A DNA stretch of 49,922 nucleotides from Acidobacteriota bacterium (GCA_039930665.1 JBDTTL010000001.1:1-49922); one strand, 5' to 3'. Positions 35,767-44,532 are shown, counted from the first letter of the stretch. A program made the numbers and translations. The notes: generated by a model from the letters alone, not told the origin.

Positions 35767-36147
35767 ATGAAACTTCATCGAGCAATCGTCGCCGTCGCCT
35801 TTAGTGCGGCGCTAAGCATCTACGCACAGGCTCCGGACTCTAGCGGCACGAAGCCGGATAACACCAAGGTGAACAAGCGTGATCGTGCTGCCGGCGAAGC
35901 GACGGCGGACCAACAAAAAAACAACCAGTCGGATCTGCAGCTCACAAAATCCGTGCGGCGCTCCATCATGGACGATAAGGCGCTATCCACCTACGCTCAT
36001 AACGTCAAAGTGATCAGCCAAGGCGGAACGGTAACCCTGAAGGGCCCCGTGAAATCCGAAGAAGAGAAGAATGCCATTGTCTCTAAGGCCGTCGGCATTG
36101 CGGGCGGCGCCGACAAGGTTGTGGACCAAATGTCCGTGAAGCACTAA
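35767..36147 (+). CDS. BON domain protein, secreted
   Basis: 126-aa ORF. Signal peptide, then LTKSVRRSIMDDKALSTYAHNVKVISQGGTVTLKGPVKSEEEKNAIVSKAVGIAGGADKVVDQMSV. Confidence 0.85.
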   Translation: MKLHRAIVAVAFSAALSIYAQAPDSSGTKPDNTKVNKRDRAAGEATADQQKNNQSDLQLTKSVRRSIMDDKALSTYAHNVKVISQGGTVTLKGPVKSEEEKNAIVSKAVGIAGGADKVVDQMSVKH

Positions 36148-36187
36148 CAAGCAGCAAACAGTTATTTCAACTAAAGAGGAGCAAAAT

Positions 36188-36751
36188 ATGGCAGGCAAGA
36201 ATACGGCGGTTTTCGGAATTTACAAGAACACAATGGGGGCGGAGCGAGCCGTGGATCAAATCCTGGCCGCCGGTTTCTCGAACAACGACATCTCTGTGCT
36301 GTTACCGGATGCCCAGAGTTCGAGAGAATTTGCGCATGAAAAGAATACGAAGGCGCCCGAAGGCACGACCACCGGAGTCACTGCAGGCGGCGTAGTGGGC
36401 GGTACCCTCGGCCTGCTGGCGGGAATCGGCACGCTCGCCATTCCCGGACTGGGCCCGTTTATTGCTGCGGGACCCATCATGGCGGGGTTGGCCGGCCTAG
36501 GCGTCGGCGGAGCGGTGGGCGGGCTTATTGGGGCACTCATAGGTATGGGGATCCCCGAATATGAGGCCAAGAGATATGAGGGCCGCGTGAAGGACGGCGG
36601 GGTGCTCCTTTCGGTTCACTGCGCGACGTCTGACGAAATTTCGCGAGCCAAGGATCTCCTGAAGCAGACCGGCGCCGACGACATCTCTTCGGCGGGGGAG
36701 AAGAACGTGAGCACCCACGGCGTCGAGAGCGAGGTCTCTTCTCACCGATAG
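36188..36751 (+). CDS. YflT/general-stress-protein-17M-like protein with central glycine-zipper membrane segment
   Basis: 187-aa ORF. The N-terminal part AVFGIYKNTMGAERAVDQILAAGFSNNDISVLLPD is YflT-like. The central part GGVVGGTLGLLAGIGTLAIPGLGPFIAAGPIMAGLAGLGVGGAVGGLIGALIGMG is a glycine zipper. The C-terminal part is ...YEGRVKDGGVLLSVHC. Confidence 0.8.
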   Translation: MAGKNTAVFGIYKNTMGAERAVDQILAAGFSNNDISVLLPDAQSSREFAHEKNTKAPEGTTTGVTAGGVVGGTLGLLAGIGTLAIPGLGPFIAAGPIMAGLAGLGVGGAVGGLIGALIGMGIPEYEAKRYEGRVKDGGVLLSVHCATSDEISRAKDLLKQTGADDISSAGEKNVSTHGVESEVSSHR

Positions 36752-36784
36752 TCGTGTGAATTGAAGGAACGAACGTTCCACTTG

Positions 36785-36813
36785 GGCGCCGCAGCAATGT
36801 GGCGCCTTTTTTT
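36785..36813 (+). terminator. intrinsic terminator
   Basis: GGCGCC...GGCGCC stem followed by T7 (36807-13), 34 nt after the stop of gene 36188-36751. Confidence 0.7.
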
Positions 36814-36995
36814 GCTGCAGAGTACAATTTGCTCGCCAGGGAAACTTTTCCCTTCATCCACTTTGGTAACTACACTCATAGCATCGGATTAGGAACGGCC
36901 ATCCGCGTGCACTTTATAGCATAGGAGCCGGAGAGGCGGTCGGGTTCCGGGGCGGGTTTTCACATGGAAAACTGCTTGATATAGGAGTATAAGAA

Positions 36996-37148
36996 ATGCT
37001 TTGGACAATTGCGTTAATCCTTTTTATTTTGTGGGCGCTGGGGCTAGTGACGTCCTATACGCTTTCAGGCTTCATCCACATTCTGCTCGTGTTGGCGATT
37101 GTGGCGGTTATCATGGGCATCGTTCAAGGACGCCGGCCAGTGGTTTAG
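36996..37148 (+). CDS. lmo0937-family small membrane protein
   Basis: Not in the ORF track as such. GGAG lies 8 nt before the ATG at 36996. The product MLWTIALILFILWALGLVTSYTLSGFIHILLVLAIVAVIMGIVQGRRPVV* matches the ...LW.LG......GG.IH.LLV.A....... family pattern. Track ORF 37001-37276 is in a different, spurious frame. Confidence 0.8.
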   Translation: MLWTIALILFILWALGLVTSYTLSGFIHILLVLAIVAVIMGIVQGRRPVV

Positions 37149-37667
37149 ACGTTCGGGGAAGTTGTGAGCCAAGGCTGGCACGCCGCTTGCCCACAGCTTC
37201 CATGCGAGGCGGCAGTAAAGCTTCCAGAACTCGTGACGATCAACAGCATATGCGATATTGCCGGTTCTCCTTTTAACCGCGGCCGGAGTCGCTGAAACCG
37301 ACTCCGGGGCGCCCGTGGTCGAAGTTTTCGTTGCCCGCAATGGAAACAGCGCGGGCTGTGCGGATCCGCAGAAACCGGGCCAGCCCCCGGTGCCTATCCG
37401 TGAGCCTGAAATCCCGATCCCGATGTGATCGAGCCTAATCCCGAACCACTTCCCGTTTAGATTCACGGAACCTTCATCGCGGAAAAGTCGATCGTCCAAG
37501 GTAGACGGTTTTGATATCGGCGGCCGGGCAGTGCTCTGATCCACCGTATAGGTGACCATGATTCGTTGGGAATCCCCATACATCGCCAGTCTTGAGGCCA
37601 CCACTGTCTGGCCTCCTCTCTGAGCGGCCTCCATCCGTACTTCGAATGGCGACAGTGCCTGGCTCAA
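37065..37667 (-). CDS. hypothetical protein (doubtful ORF)
   Basis: 200-aa ORF with a TTG start. An alternative GTG start follows AGAGGAGG. No family recognised. The 3' end overlaps the lmo0937-like gene by 84 nt, and the ORF contains an antisense sigma-54 consensus. Confidence 0.25.
   Translation of the reverse strand: MSQALSPFEVRMEAAQRGGQTVVASRLAMYGDSQRIMVTYTVDQSTARPPISKPSTLDDRLFRDEGSVNLNGKWFGIRLDHIGIGISGSRIGTGGWPGFCGSAQPALFPLRATKTSTTGAPESVSATPAAVKRRTGNIAYAVDRHEFWKLYCRLAWKLWASGVPALAHNFPERLNHWPASLNDAHDNRHNRQHEQNVDEA
37176..37190 (+). promoter_or_regulatory. perfect sigma-54 -24/-12 consensus with no obvious downstream CDS
   Basis: TGGCACGccgcTTGC matches TGGCACG-N4-TTGC at every specified position. 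The next convincing + strand CDS starts about 0.9 kb away. A 9-bp-stem hairpin lies at 37283-37307. Confidence 0.35.
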
Positions 37668-38119
37668 ACGTAAAAACTGGGACTGGGCGATTGCGCTTCG
37701 ACGGCGACCGGCCCGAGTTCCGACCTAAACGCCAGAACGCCTAACGAAAGCGCGGTGATCGTAAGAACTGTTTTTGTGTAGATATCTATCTCTACGTGGA
37801 CATGGCGCCTCCTGGATAAAGGGATGTCTGTGAAGAACGATTCGTATCATCGTCCCGTCGAATACTGGCTTATGATTTGGAAACCGGCGGGGGATAGAAA
37901 CGAGATGATAAGAAGCGAGGCGCAAGCGAGAGCCACCGCACCAGAGTTATGTGATGGCGGGTTTCTTCGTGAGGCCGTTTGCACCGCCTCTTCTGAATCC
38001 GCACGCCCGCGAACTCTATCTTACTGAGCCATTCAAAAGACGGCATTCAACTCTCCATTTTAGGCTACGTGGTGCTATGGAGTTTGGGCGTATTTTAACG
38101 AAGAACCGCTAAAAAAGCC

Positions 38120-40086
38120 GTGGGACGACTTCCCCCGAATCCAACTTGCGAAACAGCGAAGCCGGCTCATTCCACGAGTACAATAGGGTGGGCAGGCGTT
38201 TCATTCGCCCGGTTAAAGGGGTTGCTTCGATTATCAATGGGTAGTATTCGCACCAGCCTTGAATCTGCCGGGCCTCCCAGAAAAGGGGTAGCAGAATTGC
38301 ACTCCGCGCTGCCGTCTACCTTCGGGAGCCTCGCCGACGCGTTTATTGTGACGGATGACCACTGGCGAATCATCTACGCAAATCCTGCGGCGGAGCGCTA
38401 TGGGGAGATGGTCGCGGATAAACTTCTTGGGGGAACTCCTTGGGATCAGTGGCCGCCTGCCGAGCGGGGACGGGTGGAGCAAGAACACCGTCGTGCACTC
38501 GATGAGAAGCAGCCTGTTGAGCTGAGGCGCTCGTCCGGAGCAGCAGAGGACCAATGGTCGGAGCTTCGTGCCTGTTCCTCCGAGATAGGCATCATTCTTC
38601 ATTACCACGACCTGACCGACCAGAAACGGCGGGAGCACGAGCTTAGCGAGCGGACGCGTCAGCTGAGCGACTTTATGGACAATGGCACGCTCGCTCTGCA
38701 TTGGGTCGCTGAGGACGGGACCATCCTTTGGGTGAATGATGCCGAGCTGCGCCTTCTGGGTTACTCTCGCGAAGAATACGTCGGGCGCAATATTGCGGAA
38801 TTCCACATAGAGCAACCCGTGATTTTCGATATTCTGCGCCGCCTGAAGCGCAATGAGGAACTTCGCGAATACGAGTCCCGGCTCCGCTGCAAGAATGGCT
38901 CTATCAAGAACGTCTCGATCAATTCCAGCGTCTATTGGGAAAATGGACGTTTTGTTCATACGCGGTGTTTCACGCGCGACATCTCAGAAAGTGAGAAGGC
39001 TTCTGAACTTCGAGAGCACTTGGCGTCCATAGTCGATTCATCCGATGACGCCATTATCAGTAAGGATCTGGATGGAATCATCCGCAGTTGGAACCGGGGC
39101 GCGGAACGGATCTTCGGGTATACGGCTCAGGAGATCATTGGGAAACACATCTCGACTCTTGCGGCACCCGAGCGTGTGGATGAGATTCCTGGAATCCTCG
39201 ATCAGATCAAACGCGGCGAGAGGTTCGATCATTACGAAACCAAGCGCCGCACCAAAGATGGAAGGATTCTCACCGTATCACTCACTGTTTCTCCGATTCG
39301 CGACGCATCGGGCACAGTTGTCGGGGCTTCCAAGGTTGCCCGTGACATGACGGAGCGCCAGCTCCAGGAGCAACTCCTGCGCGAGATGAATGCCACGCTT
39401 AGCCGATCCAATGCCGATCTCGAACAATTTGCATACTCCGCCTCGCACGATCTTCAGGAACCATTGCGTATGGTTTCAAGCTACAGCGAAATGCTGCGAA
39501 AAAAACTTGGTACGAAGCTGGGGGAACCCGGCGATGTCTATATCGGCTACATCATAGAGGGCGTTTCGCGAATGGAGCAGCTCTTACAAGACCTCCGATC
39601 GTATGCCCAGGCTTCCACGGCCGATCAGTCGGCTAGCGCGGTGGCCGACGCTGAAGTGGCCTTCGAAAAGGCGCTGGTCAGCCTGCAGCCGCCATCCGTA
39701 GCAGCGGCGCTTCCGTGAAGGGCACTGCTCTTCCCAAAGTCCGAGCGCACGAGTTTCAATTACAACAGCTTCTTCAGAACTTGATTGGAAACGCCATTCG
39801 ATATCGGAGCAGCGCCCCGCCGGATATCCAGGTAAACGCCGAGCGGCGCGGATCCGAATGGGTGTTCTCGGTACGGGACAACGGGATCGGGATAGATCCG
39901 CAATATCAAGAGCAAATCTTTGGAATGTTCAAACGTCTGCACACCTCAGGCGAGTATCCAGGCACCGGTATGGGGCTGGCGATTTGCCAGCGAATTGTCC
40001 AGCGCCTCGGAGGCCGGATCTGGGTGGAGTCTAAGCCCGGACAAGGTTCGACGTTTTTCTTTACCTTGCCGGCGGGAGAACACTGA
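38120..40086 (+). pseudogene. PAS-PAS-HisKA-HATPase_c sensor histidine kinase with a frameshift between the DHp and ATPase domains
   Basis: ORF 38120-39718 carries two PAS-like units and the H-box FAYSASHDLQEPL. ORF 39715-40086 carries [20 protein letters not shown] and [13 protein letters not shown]. The frames join as ...[10 protein letters not shown] / [18 protein letters not shown]... with a 1-nt loss near 39686-39691 (CTGCAG^CCGCC). Start is uncertain (GTG at 38120 or ATG at 38237). Confidence 0.85.
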
Positions 40087-40244
40087 GGCTCATTTCTGAG
40101 CGACCAACCGCTTTTCTAGATCCTAGGCCGATCCTGAATCGCGAAACCCGCTCGGATATATAAGAGGGCCGGCGCGCGAGAGTACTATTTTGTCCTGCTA
40201 TCTCGCGTCGGAAGCGGCTACGATTGTTTTTTTGGCTGTCGCTA

Positions 40245-40634
40245 ATGGGGGAAAATGATGAGATCGAACACGAGGTCGATCAATTCATTCTTGCCCAGAT
40301 CGATACAGTGCCTCATCTGGAGGCGCTCCTGCTGGTTTGGAACAGCCGTCCCAATGCATGGGGAATCGAGGAAATGGCTCACCGACTGTTTCTGGATTCC
40401 GGCGAGGCGAGTGCAGTCCTCGAGAACTTAGCACGCCGAGAACTCATTGCCGTTTCCCCGAACAACGACACCTGGCATTACCATTCTGAGCCGGAAAAAG
40501 ATCGAATTGTGGCTCTGGTGAGCGCAACCTATCGGCAGGATCTGATTCGCCTCGCTAGGCTGATCCATTCTAAACCTTCTGCGGCCGTTCGCGAATTTGC
40601 GCGGGCGTTCCGTTTCAAAAAGGAGCGTCATTAA
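40245..40634 (+). CDS. hypothetical cytoplasmic protein (possibly winged-helix-like)
   Basis: Internal ATG at 40245 of track ORF 40224-40634. The product begins MGENDEIEHEVDQFILAQIDTVPHLEALLLVWNSRPNAWGIEEMAHRLFLDSGEASAVLENLARRELI.... No family recognised with confidence. Confidence 0.6.
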   Translation: MGENDEIEHEVDQFILAQIDTVPHLEALLLVWNSRPNAWGIEEMAHRLFLDSGEASAVLENLARRELIAVSPNNDTWHYHSEPEKDRIVALVSATYRQDLIRLARLIHSKPSAAVREFARAFRFKKERH

Positions 40635-40893
40635 CATAGGACCCGCCGTCTATATTCTCGGTTCTCTGACGAGCTTCGCCTGTGCCGTCCTCCTTCTGCG
40701 GGGATATAGCTCCGTCAAACAGAAGTTGCTCTTGTGGAGTGGACTTTGTTTCGTAGGTTTGACGGTTTCAAACACGCTGGTATTTGTGGATCTGGTAATG
40801 TACCCGGCTGTGAACCTTTATCCCGGAAGGCTCATCACAGCGGCAGCAGCACTCTTACTTCTCCTGTATGGCCTGATTTGGGAAAGCGAGTAA
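40597..40893 (+). CDS. DUF5985-like small 3-TM membrane protein (copy 1)
   Basis: AVYILGSLTSFACAVLLLRGYSSVKQKLLLWSGLCFVGLTVSNTLVFVDLVMYPAVNLYPGRLITAAAALLLLLYGLIWESE matches the family pattern as remembered (CAvLLlRgY...LLlWSGLCF...LLYGLIWE). The start is unclear. The only in-frame canonical start is TTG at 40597, which overlaps the upstream gene by 38 nt. Confidence 0.7.
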   Translation: MRGRSVSKRSVINIGPAVYILGSLTSFACAVLLLRGYSSVKQKLLLWSGLCFVGLTVSNTLVFVDLVMYPAVNLYPGRLITAAAALLLLLYGLIWESE

Positions 40894-40896
40894 TTT

Positions 40897-41160
40897 ATGA
40901 TCGAAGGCTTCTTGCTGGGAGTTATCGCAACGGCATCGCTCGCGGCGGGCGCATTTTTTCTCAGATTCTGGAAACGCACGCGCGATTTCTTTTTCCTAGC
41001 CTGGGCTGTATCATTTTTTATCGAAGGCCTGAATCGATCGGCTGTCCTGCTTACAGCGAAACCCAATGAGGGCAGTCCCTGGACATACATCGTCCGATTG
41101 CTTTCGATCCTGCTAATACTGGTGGCGATTCTCAGAAATAACTATGGCGATAAGGAATGA
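40897..41160 (+). CDS. DUF5985-like small 3-TM membrane protein (copy 2)
   Basis: 87-aa ORF starting 4 nt after copy 1. The product is MIEGFLLGVIATASLAAGAFFLRFWKRTRDFFFLAWAVSFFIEGLNRSAVLL...ILLILVAILRNNYG. Confidence 0.7.
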   Translation: MIEGFLLGVIATASLAAGAFFLRFWKRTRDFFFLAWAVSFFIEGLNRSAVLLTAKPNEGSPWTYIVRLLSILLILVAILRNNYGDKE

Positions 41161-41532
41161 AACATAGTCGCGCTGGACGACAACCTCATCGGCGCGCTGA
41201 TGCCGGCTGAGACGTCCGAAGCGCAGCACTGGACTGTCAGAATGTTCGAAGGCGCGCCGGACGTGAAGCGGACCATCGCAATCGTGGACCACGATTCCGG
41301 CAAGCTGGGAAACTCACGTTGGGAACTGAACTTCAGCGACGAAAGTTTACCGCTGCTTCACCGCGTGCGGAGGCTTGGGTGGGCACACCGCACCCTTTGC
41401 GCCGGACAAAATACTAGGCGCCTATTAGCGGATCCACCAAGCTACCCGAAGGCACGATGATTCGCGCCGCGGGTTGGAGCCTGCAGTGTATCCGCTAGAG
41501 ACGTGCGCCCGACCGAGCAGCGCCTCCGTTTC

Positions 41533-41961
41533 TTACGGCTTGATCACTTTGACCGTGTAATAGCTGATGCCGTTGGTTTCCTTAAACCAATGCGGCGTCC
41601 CGGCAGGAACAACCACAACGTCACCCTTGCTCACTTTGAAGGTGGTCCCGCCATCGATGCTTTCGCCGAGCCATTGATCTGGTCTGGTTTTCTTGCCATC
41701 GATCATTTTCCCGCCCGTGACCAACGTAGCTTCGCCGTCCATGATATGGAAAACGTCGGTTTCCTTATCGTGGACTTCCACTTTGCCGGGGCCAGTGCGC
41801 TTGTTGGCAGCTACGCTATAGTCGTTTCCTTTGGCGATAGGTCCGCCTTTGGCGGCGAATAAAGCTGAGATTTTGTCGTGCTCGACGTGCGTCGCCGGGG
41901 CTTCAGCCGCCATTAAACAAGCCGAGGCCGCGAAGGCCGTGAGAGCGATCAGGTATTTCAT
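41533..41961 (-). CDS. secreted cupin domain protein
   Basis: Internal ATG at 41959-41961 with GGAGGA 6 nt upstream. It has signal peptide MKYLIALTAFAASACLMAA and a cupin core (GKVEVHDKETDVFHIMDGEATLVTGG...KGDVVVVPAGTPHWF). Confidence 0.8.
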   Translation of the reverse strand: MKYLIALTAFAASACLMAAEAPATHVEHDKISALFAAKGGPIAKGNDYSVAANKRTGPGKVEVHDKETDVFHIMDGEATLVTGGKMIDGKKTRPDQWLGESIDGGTTFKVSKGDVVVVPAGTPHWFKETNGISYYTVKVIKP

Positions 41962-42029
41962 GGTAGTTCCTCCAGTGCGTTTCATATTGTATCAGCACGA
42001 AGGCGGACGGGCGCCTCCGCTTTGTTGAT

Positions 42030-43718
42030 TGTCGCGGCCAAGTGAAAAGTTCCTAATTGAGCCAAGTAGAAAGTTCCTCTTGACAGGCGTAAGCCGGAAG
42101 GATGGAACGAATCGAGATGAGCCAAGAGGAACGGGACAAGTTGGAGTGGCTGAAACGGGCCAAGGACGGAGTGATCAGTCAGCGAGAGGCGGCCCAGCGG
42201 ATGGGAGTCAGCGAGCGGTGGGTACGCAAGTTGCTGAAGCGGATGAAGAGGCGAGGGGATGAGGTAGTGGTGCATGCGCTGCGAGGACGCGCATCGAACC
42301 GCAAGCTTCCCGCCGAGATCCAAAGCCAGGCGATGGAGATTTTAAAGCAGCCGGAGTGGCACGACTTTGGGCCGACCTTTGCCGCCGAGCAACTGGGGAA
42401 GCGGCATCAGATTGCGGTCGGTAAAGAAACCCTGCGCGGATGGATGATCGGAGCCGGATTGTGGAAGCCCGGCTCACGCAAAATCGAAGAGGTGCACTGC
42501 TGGCGGCCTCGGCGGAGCGCGTTTGGCGAACTGGTGCAGTGGGACACCTCCGAACACGATTGGGTCGAAGGGCGTGGACCTGTGCGCTACCTGGTGCGGA
42601 TGATCGACGACGCCACCAGTTGGAGCTGGGGCCGTTTTGTGGAACACGACGCGGCCCCCTACAACATGGCGGTGCTGTGGGAGTACCTGGAAAAAAATGG
42701 GCGCATGGTGGACGTCTATACGGACCGCGATTCGATGTTTGCAGTGCCGCCGCGGCCCGGAGAAAGCCAGGACGAACAGCGCGAGCGAGACCGCTTGACG
42801 CAACTCGGACGAGCGTTACGAGAGCTGGGAATAGGATCCATTCTGGCGTATTCGCCACAAGCCAAAGGCCGCATTGAACGCAGCTTTCTAACGGCGCAGG
42901 ATCGTTTGGTCAAGGACCTGCGTCTGGCGAAAGTCTCCACCTTGGAAGGCGCCAACGCGTTTCTGGAGAAAAAGTATTGGCCCGAGTGGAATGCGCATTT
43001 CGCACGGCCCGTCGCGGACTTCCCCAACCAGCATCGCGCACTGACCGGGCAGTTAGACCTGGCCTCGATCCTGTGCCACGCCGAGCAGCGCGTGGTCGGC
43101 AATGACTACACGTTTTCTTTCGCTGGTCATCGCTACCAGATTGCACGCGATCAGGCGCAAGCCGGCATGCGTCATCAGCGCCTGCGCGTGGAACTGCGCC
43201 TCGACGGCGAGTTACGGGCTCGCTATCAAGGCCGTTACCTGAATATCGCCGAGTGCGGTGTGCGGGCGCCTGCCGCCGAGTCCACAGTGCGTAAGCCGGT
43301 TCGCAAAGATCACAATGCCGGAGGCAAGAGTAGCTGGATGAAGGCTTCTTTGATCGCCCCAGTCCGCCCCTGTGGAAAGCCATCGGCGAATGAAACCCCA
43401 TTTTTGGTGCGCCGGGCAAGCCCGGCGATCTTCGCGTTGTATAGCCCAAAGCCTCAGCTCTGAAGTTTCACCACAAGCAGGTGTCGTCCAGGAAGGCCCT
43501 CCTCGGCGACCGGTTGAGACTACCCGGGTTTTAATCGCTGTCTGGAGGGCCTGCGCCGACTTGCTTCCGGAGCCAACTCCGTCGCCTCGGCTTTGGGCGC
43601 TTCGCCAGGTGCGACCCCGGCGAAGCTGTGCGAACATACCATGAGGGTTCTCAATCAACCCTCAAAATAGGACCTTTCTACTTGGCCGGAAATAGGAACT
43701 TTCTATTTGGCTCCGACA
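42030..43718 (+). mobile_element. insertion sequence, ISNCY-like (HTH + rve/DDE transposase), 1689 bp
   Basis: Imperfect terminal inverted repeats match at 23 of 29 positions: TGTCGCGGCCAAGTGAAAAGTTCCTAATT (42030-42058) against the reverse complement of 43690-43718, TGTCGGAGCCAAATAGAAAGTTCCTATTT. Each end carries a second internal copy of GCCAAGTAGAAAG(T/G)TCCT. No flanking direct repeat was seen. Confidence 0.85.
42102..43463 (+). CDS. ISNCY-family-like transposase
   Basis: 453-aa ORF. The N-terminal HTH is MSQEERDKLEWLKRAKDGVISQREAAQRMGVSERWVRKLLKRMKRRGDEVVVHALRGRASNRKLP.... The integrase-core region is ...GELVQWDTSEHDWVEGRGPVRYLVRMIDDATSW...VDVYTDRDSMF...SPQAKGRIERSF. Confidence 0.9.
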   Translation: MERIEMSQEERDKLEWLKRAKDGVISQREAAQRMGVSERWVRKLLKRMKRRGDEVVVHALRGRASNRKLPAEIQSQAMEILKQPEWHDFGPTFAAEQLGKRHQIAVGKETLRGWMIGAGLWKPGSRKIEEVHCWRPRRSAFGELVQWDTSEHDWVEGRGPVRYLVRMIDDATSWSWGRFVEHDAAPYNMAVLWEYLEKNGRMVDVYTDRDSMFAVPPRPGESQDEQRERDRLTQLGRALRELGIGSILAYSPQAKGRIERSFLTAQDRLVKDLRLAKVSTLEGANAFLEKKYWPEWNAHFARPVADFPNQHRALTGQLDLASILCHAEQRVVGNDYTFSFAGHRYQIARDQAQAGMRHQRLRVELRLDGELRARYQGRYLNIAECGVRAPAAESTVRKPVRKDHNAGGKSSWMKASLIAPVRPCGKPSANETPFLVRRASPAIFALYSPKPQL

Positions 43719-44480
43719 CGGGGGTTGCGCAGCAGAAAACGGAGCACCCAACTGCCGGTCAGGTTGGTTTTGAGCGCCTCGACGAATTGGTCTGCTGTCA
43801 GCAGTTTCAACACTTCCATTCGTTCATCCCACTTCTGATCGTCCCAGCGCGCGATCCTCTGGTTGATCTTGTGAGCTAGGCGCAGATTGGCGCCATAGCG
43901 TTTGCCCCATTCGCGTTCGAAGGCGCTGAGAGCCGCCCGCGAGGTCGTCCTTCGCGATCGCCTCTGCCGCGACTTCACCGGCCATCCTCCCCGCTTGTAT
44001 CGCCCAGCGTATGCCTTCGCCCAGCAATGACGACGCTTGCCCGACCGCATCTCCCACGCCCAGGATTCCGTTGCCTGCGAACTGCCGAGCGAAACACTCC
44101 GATGGGATCAATCCCGAGTGATGTTCCAGCGGCTGCGCCCCGCGCAGATTCACTTCATAACGGGCGGCGCCTGAGATCAGGGCGTCCAGATAGGCATCCG
44201 GCTTCGCGTCCGAATCCGGATGTATGATGCCCACACCCACGCGCACCCGGTGCCGGCCCCACGGAAACACCCAGGCGTAACCGGCGGGCGCGAGACTACT
44301 TCCGACGAGAAGCACCGCTTCCGACTTGTCGGGATGTGTGATGCTTGGCAAATGTTGCGCTTTAAAGTTCGACGAGTGGGTATAATTACGGGAGCTGATA
44401 CTCAGTGGGGGATATCTGGCCACTTCACCTGAAGACATCAAGACTCTTTCGGAAAAGATTATTGATCTTGCAAGCCGCAA
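43703..44480 (-). pseudogene. C-terminal two-thirds of a geranylgeranyl-reductase-family FAD oxidoreductase (frameshifted, 3' end truncated by the IS)
   Basis: ORF 43824-44480 contains ...APAGYAWVFPWGRHRVRVGVGIIHPD...GILGVGDAVGQASSLLGEGIRWAIQAGRMAGEVAAEAIAKDD. After a frame change near 43935-43945 it continues in ORF 43703-44050 (...AALSAFEREWGKRYGANLRLAHKINQRIARWDDQKWDE...LRFLLRNPR). The last four codons and the stop (VGAK*) lie inside the IS right end. Confidence 0.75.
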
Positions 44481-44532
44481 GGTTATTGCAACTTATGTAA
44501 CACGTCTCGCCGGGCAAGGGCGATTTGGCCGC

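Noticed and set aside
37001-37276. 91-aa + strand ORF
   Set aside because: It overlaps the lmo0937-like gene (36996-37148) in a different frame. The lmo0937-like frame has the RBS and the family signature.
31292-37307. Possible REP-like repeat family, because the hairpins at 31292-31317 and 37283-37307 share GGAGTCG...CGACTCC arms
   Set aside because: There are only two copies, with different loops and flanks. Other GGAGTCG occurrences lack the partner arm, so the evidence for a repeat family is insufficient.
41200-41460. 86-aa + strand ORF after the DUF5985-like pair
   Set aside because: The frame is open upstream of the ATG (…IVALDDNLIGALMPAETSE…), with no RBS and no recognisable family. 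It may be another remnant, but I cannot support a call.
42020-43728. Target-site duplication flanking the IS
   Set aside because: I compared 10 nt on each side (CTTTGTTGAT / CGGGGGTTGC) and found no direct repeat of 2 bp or more in register.
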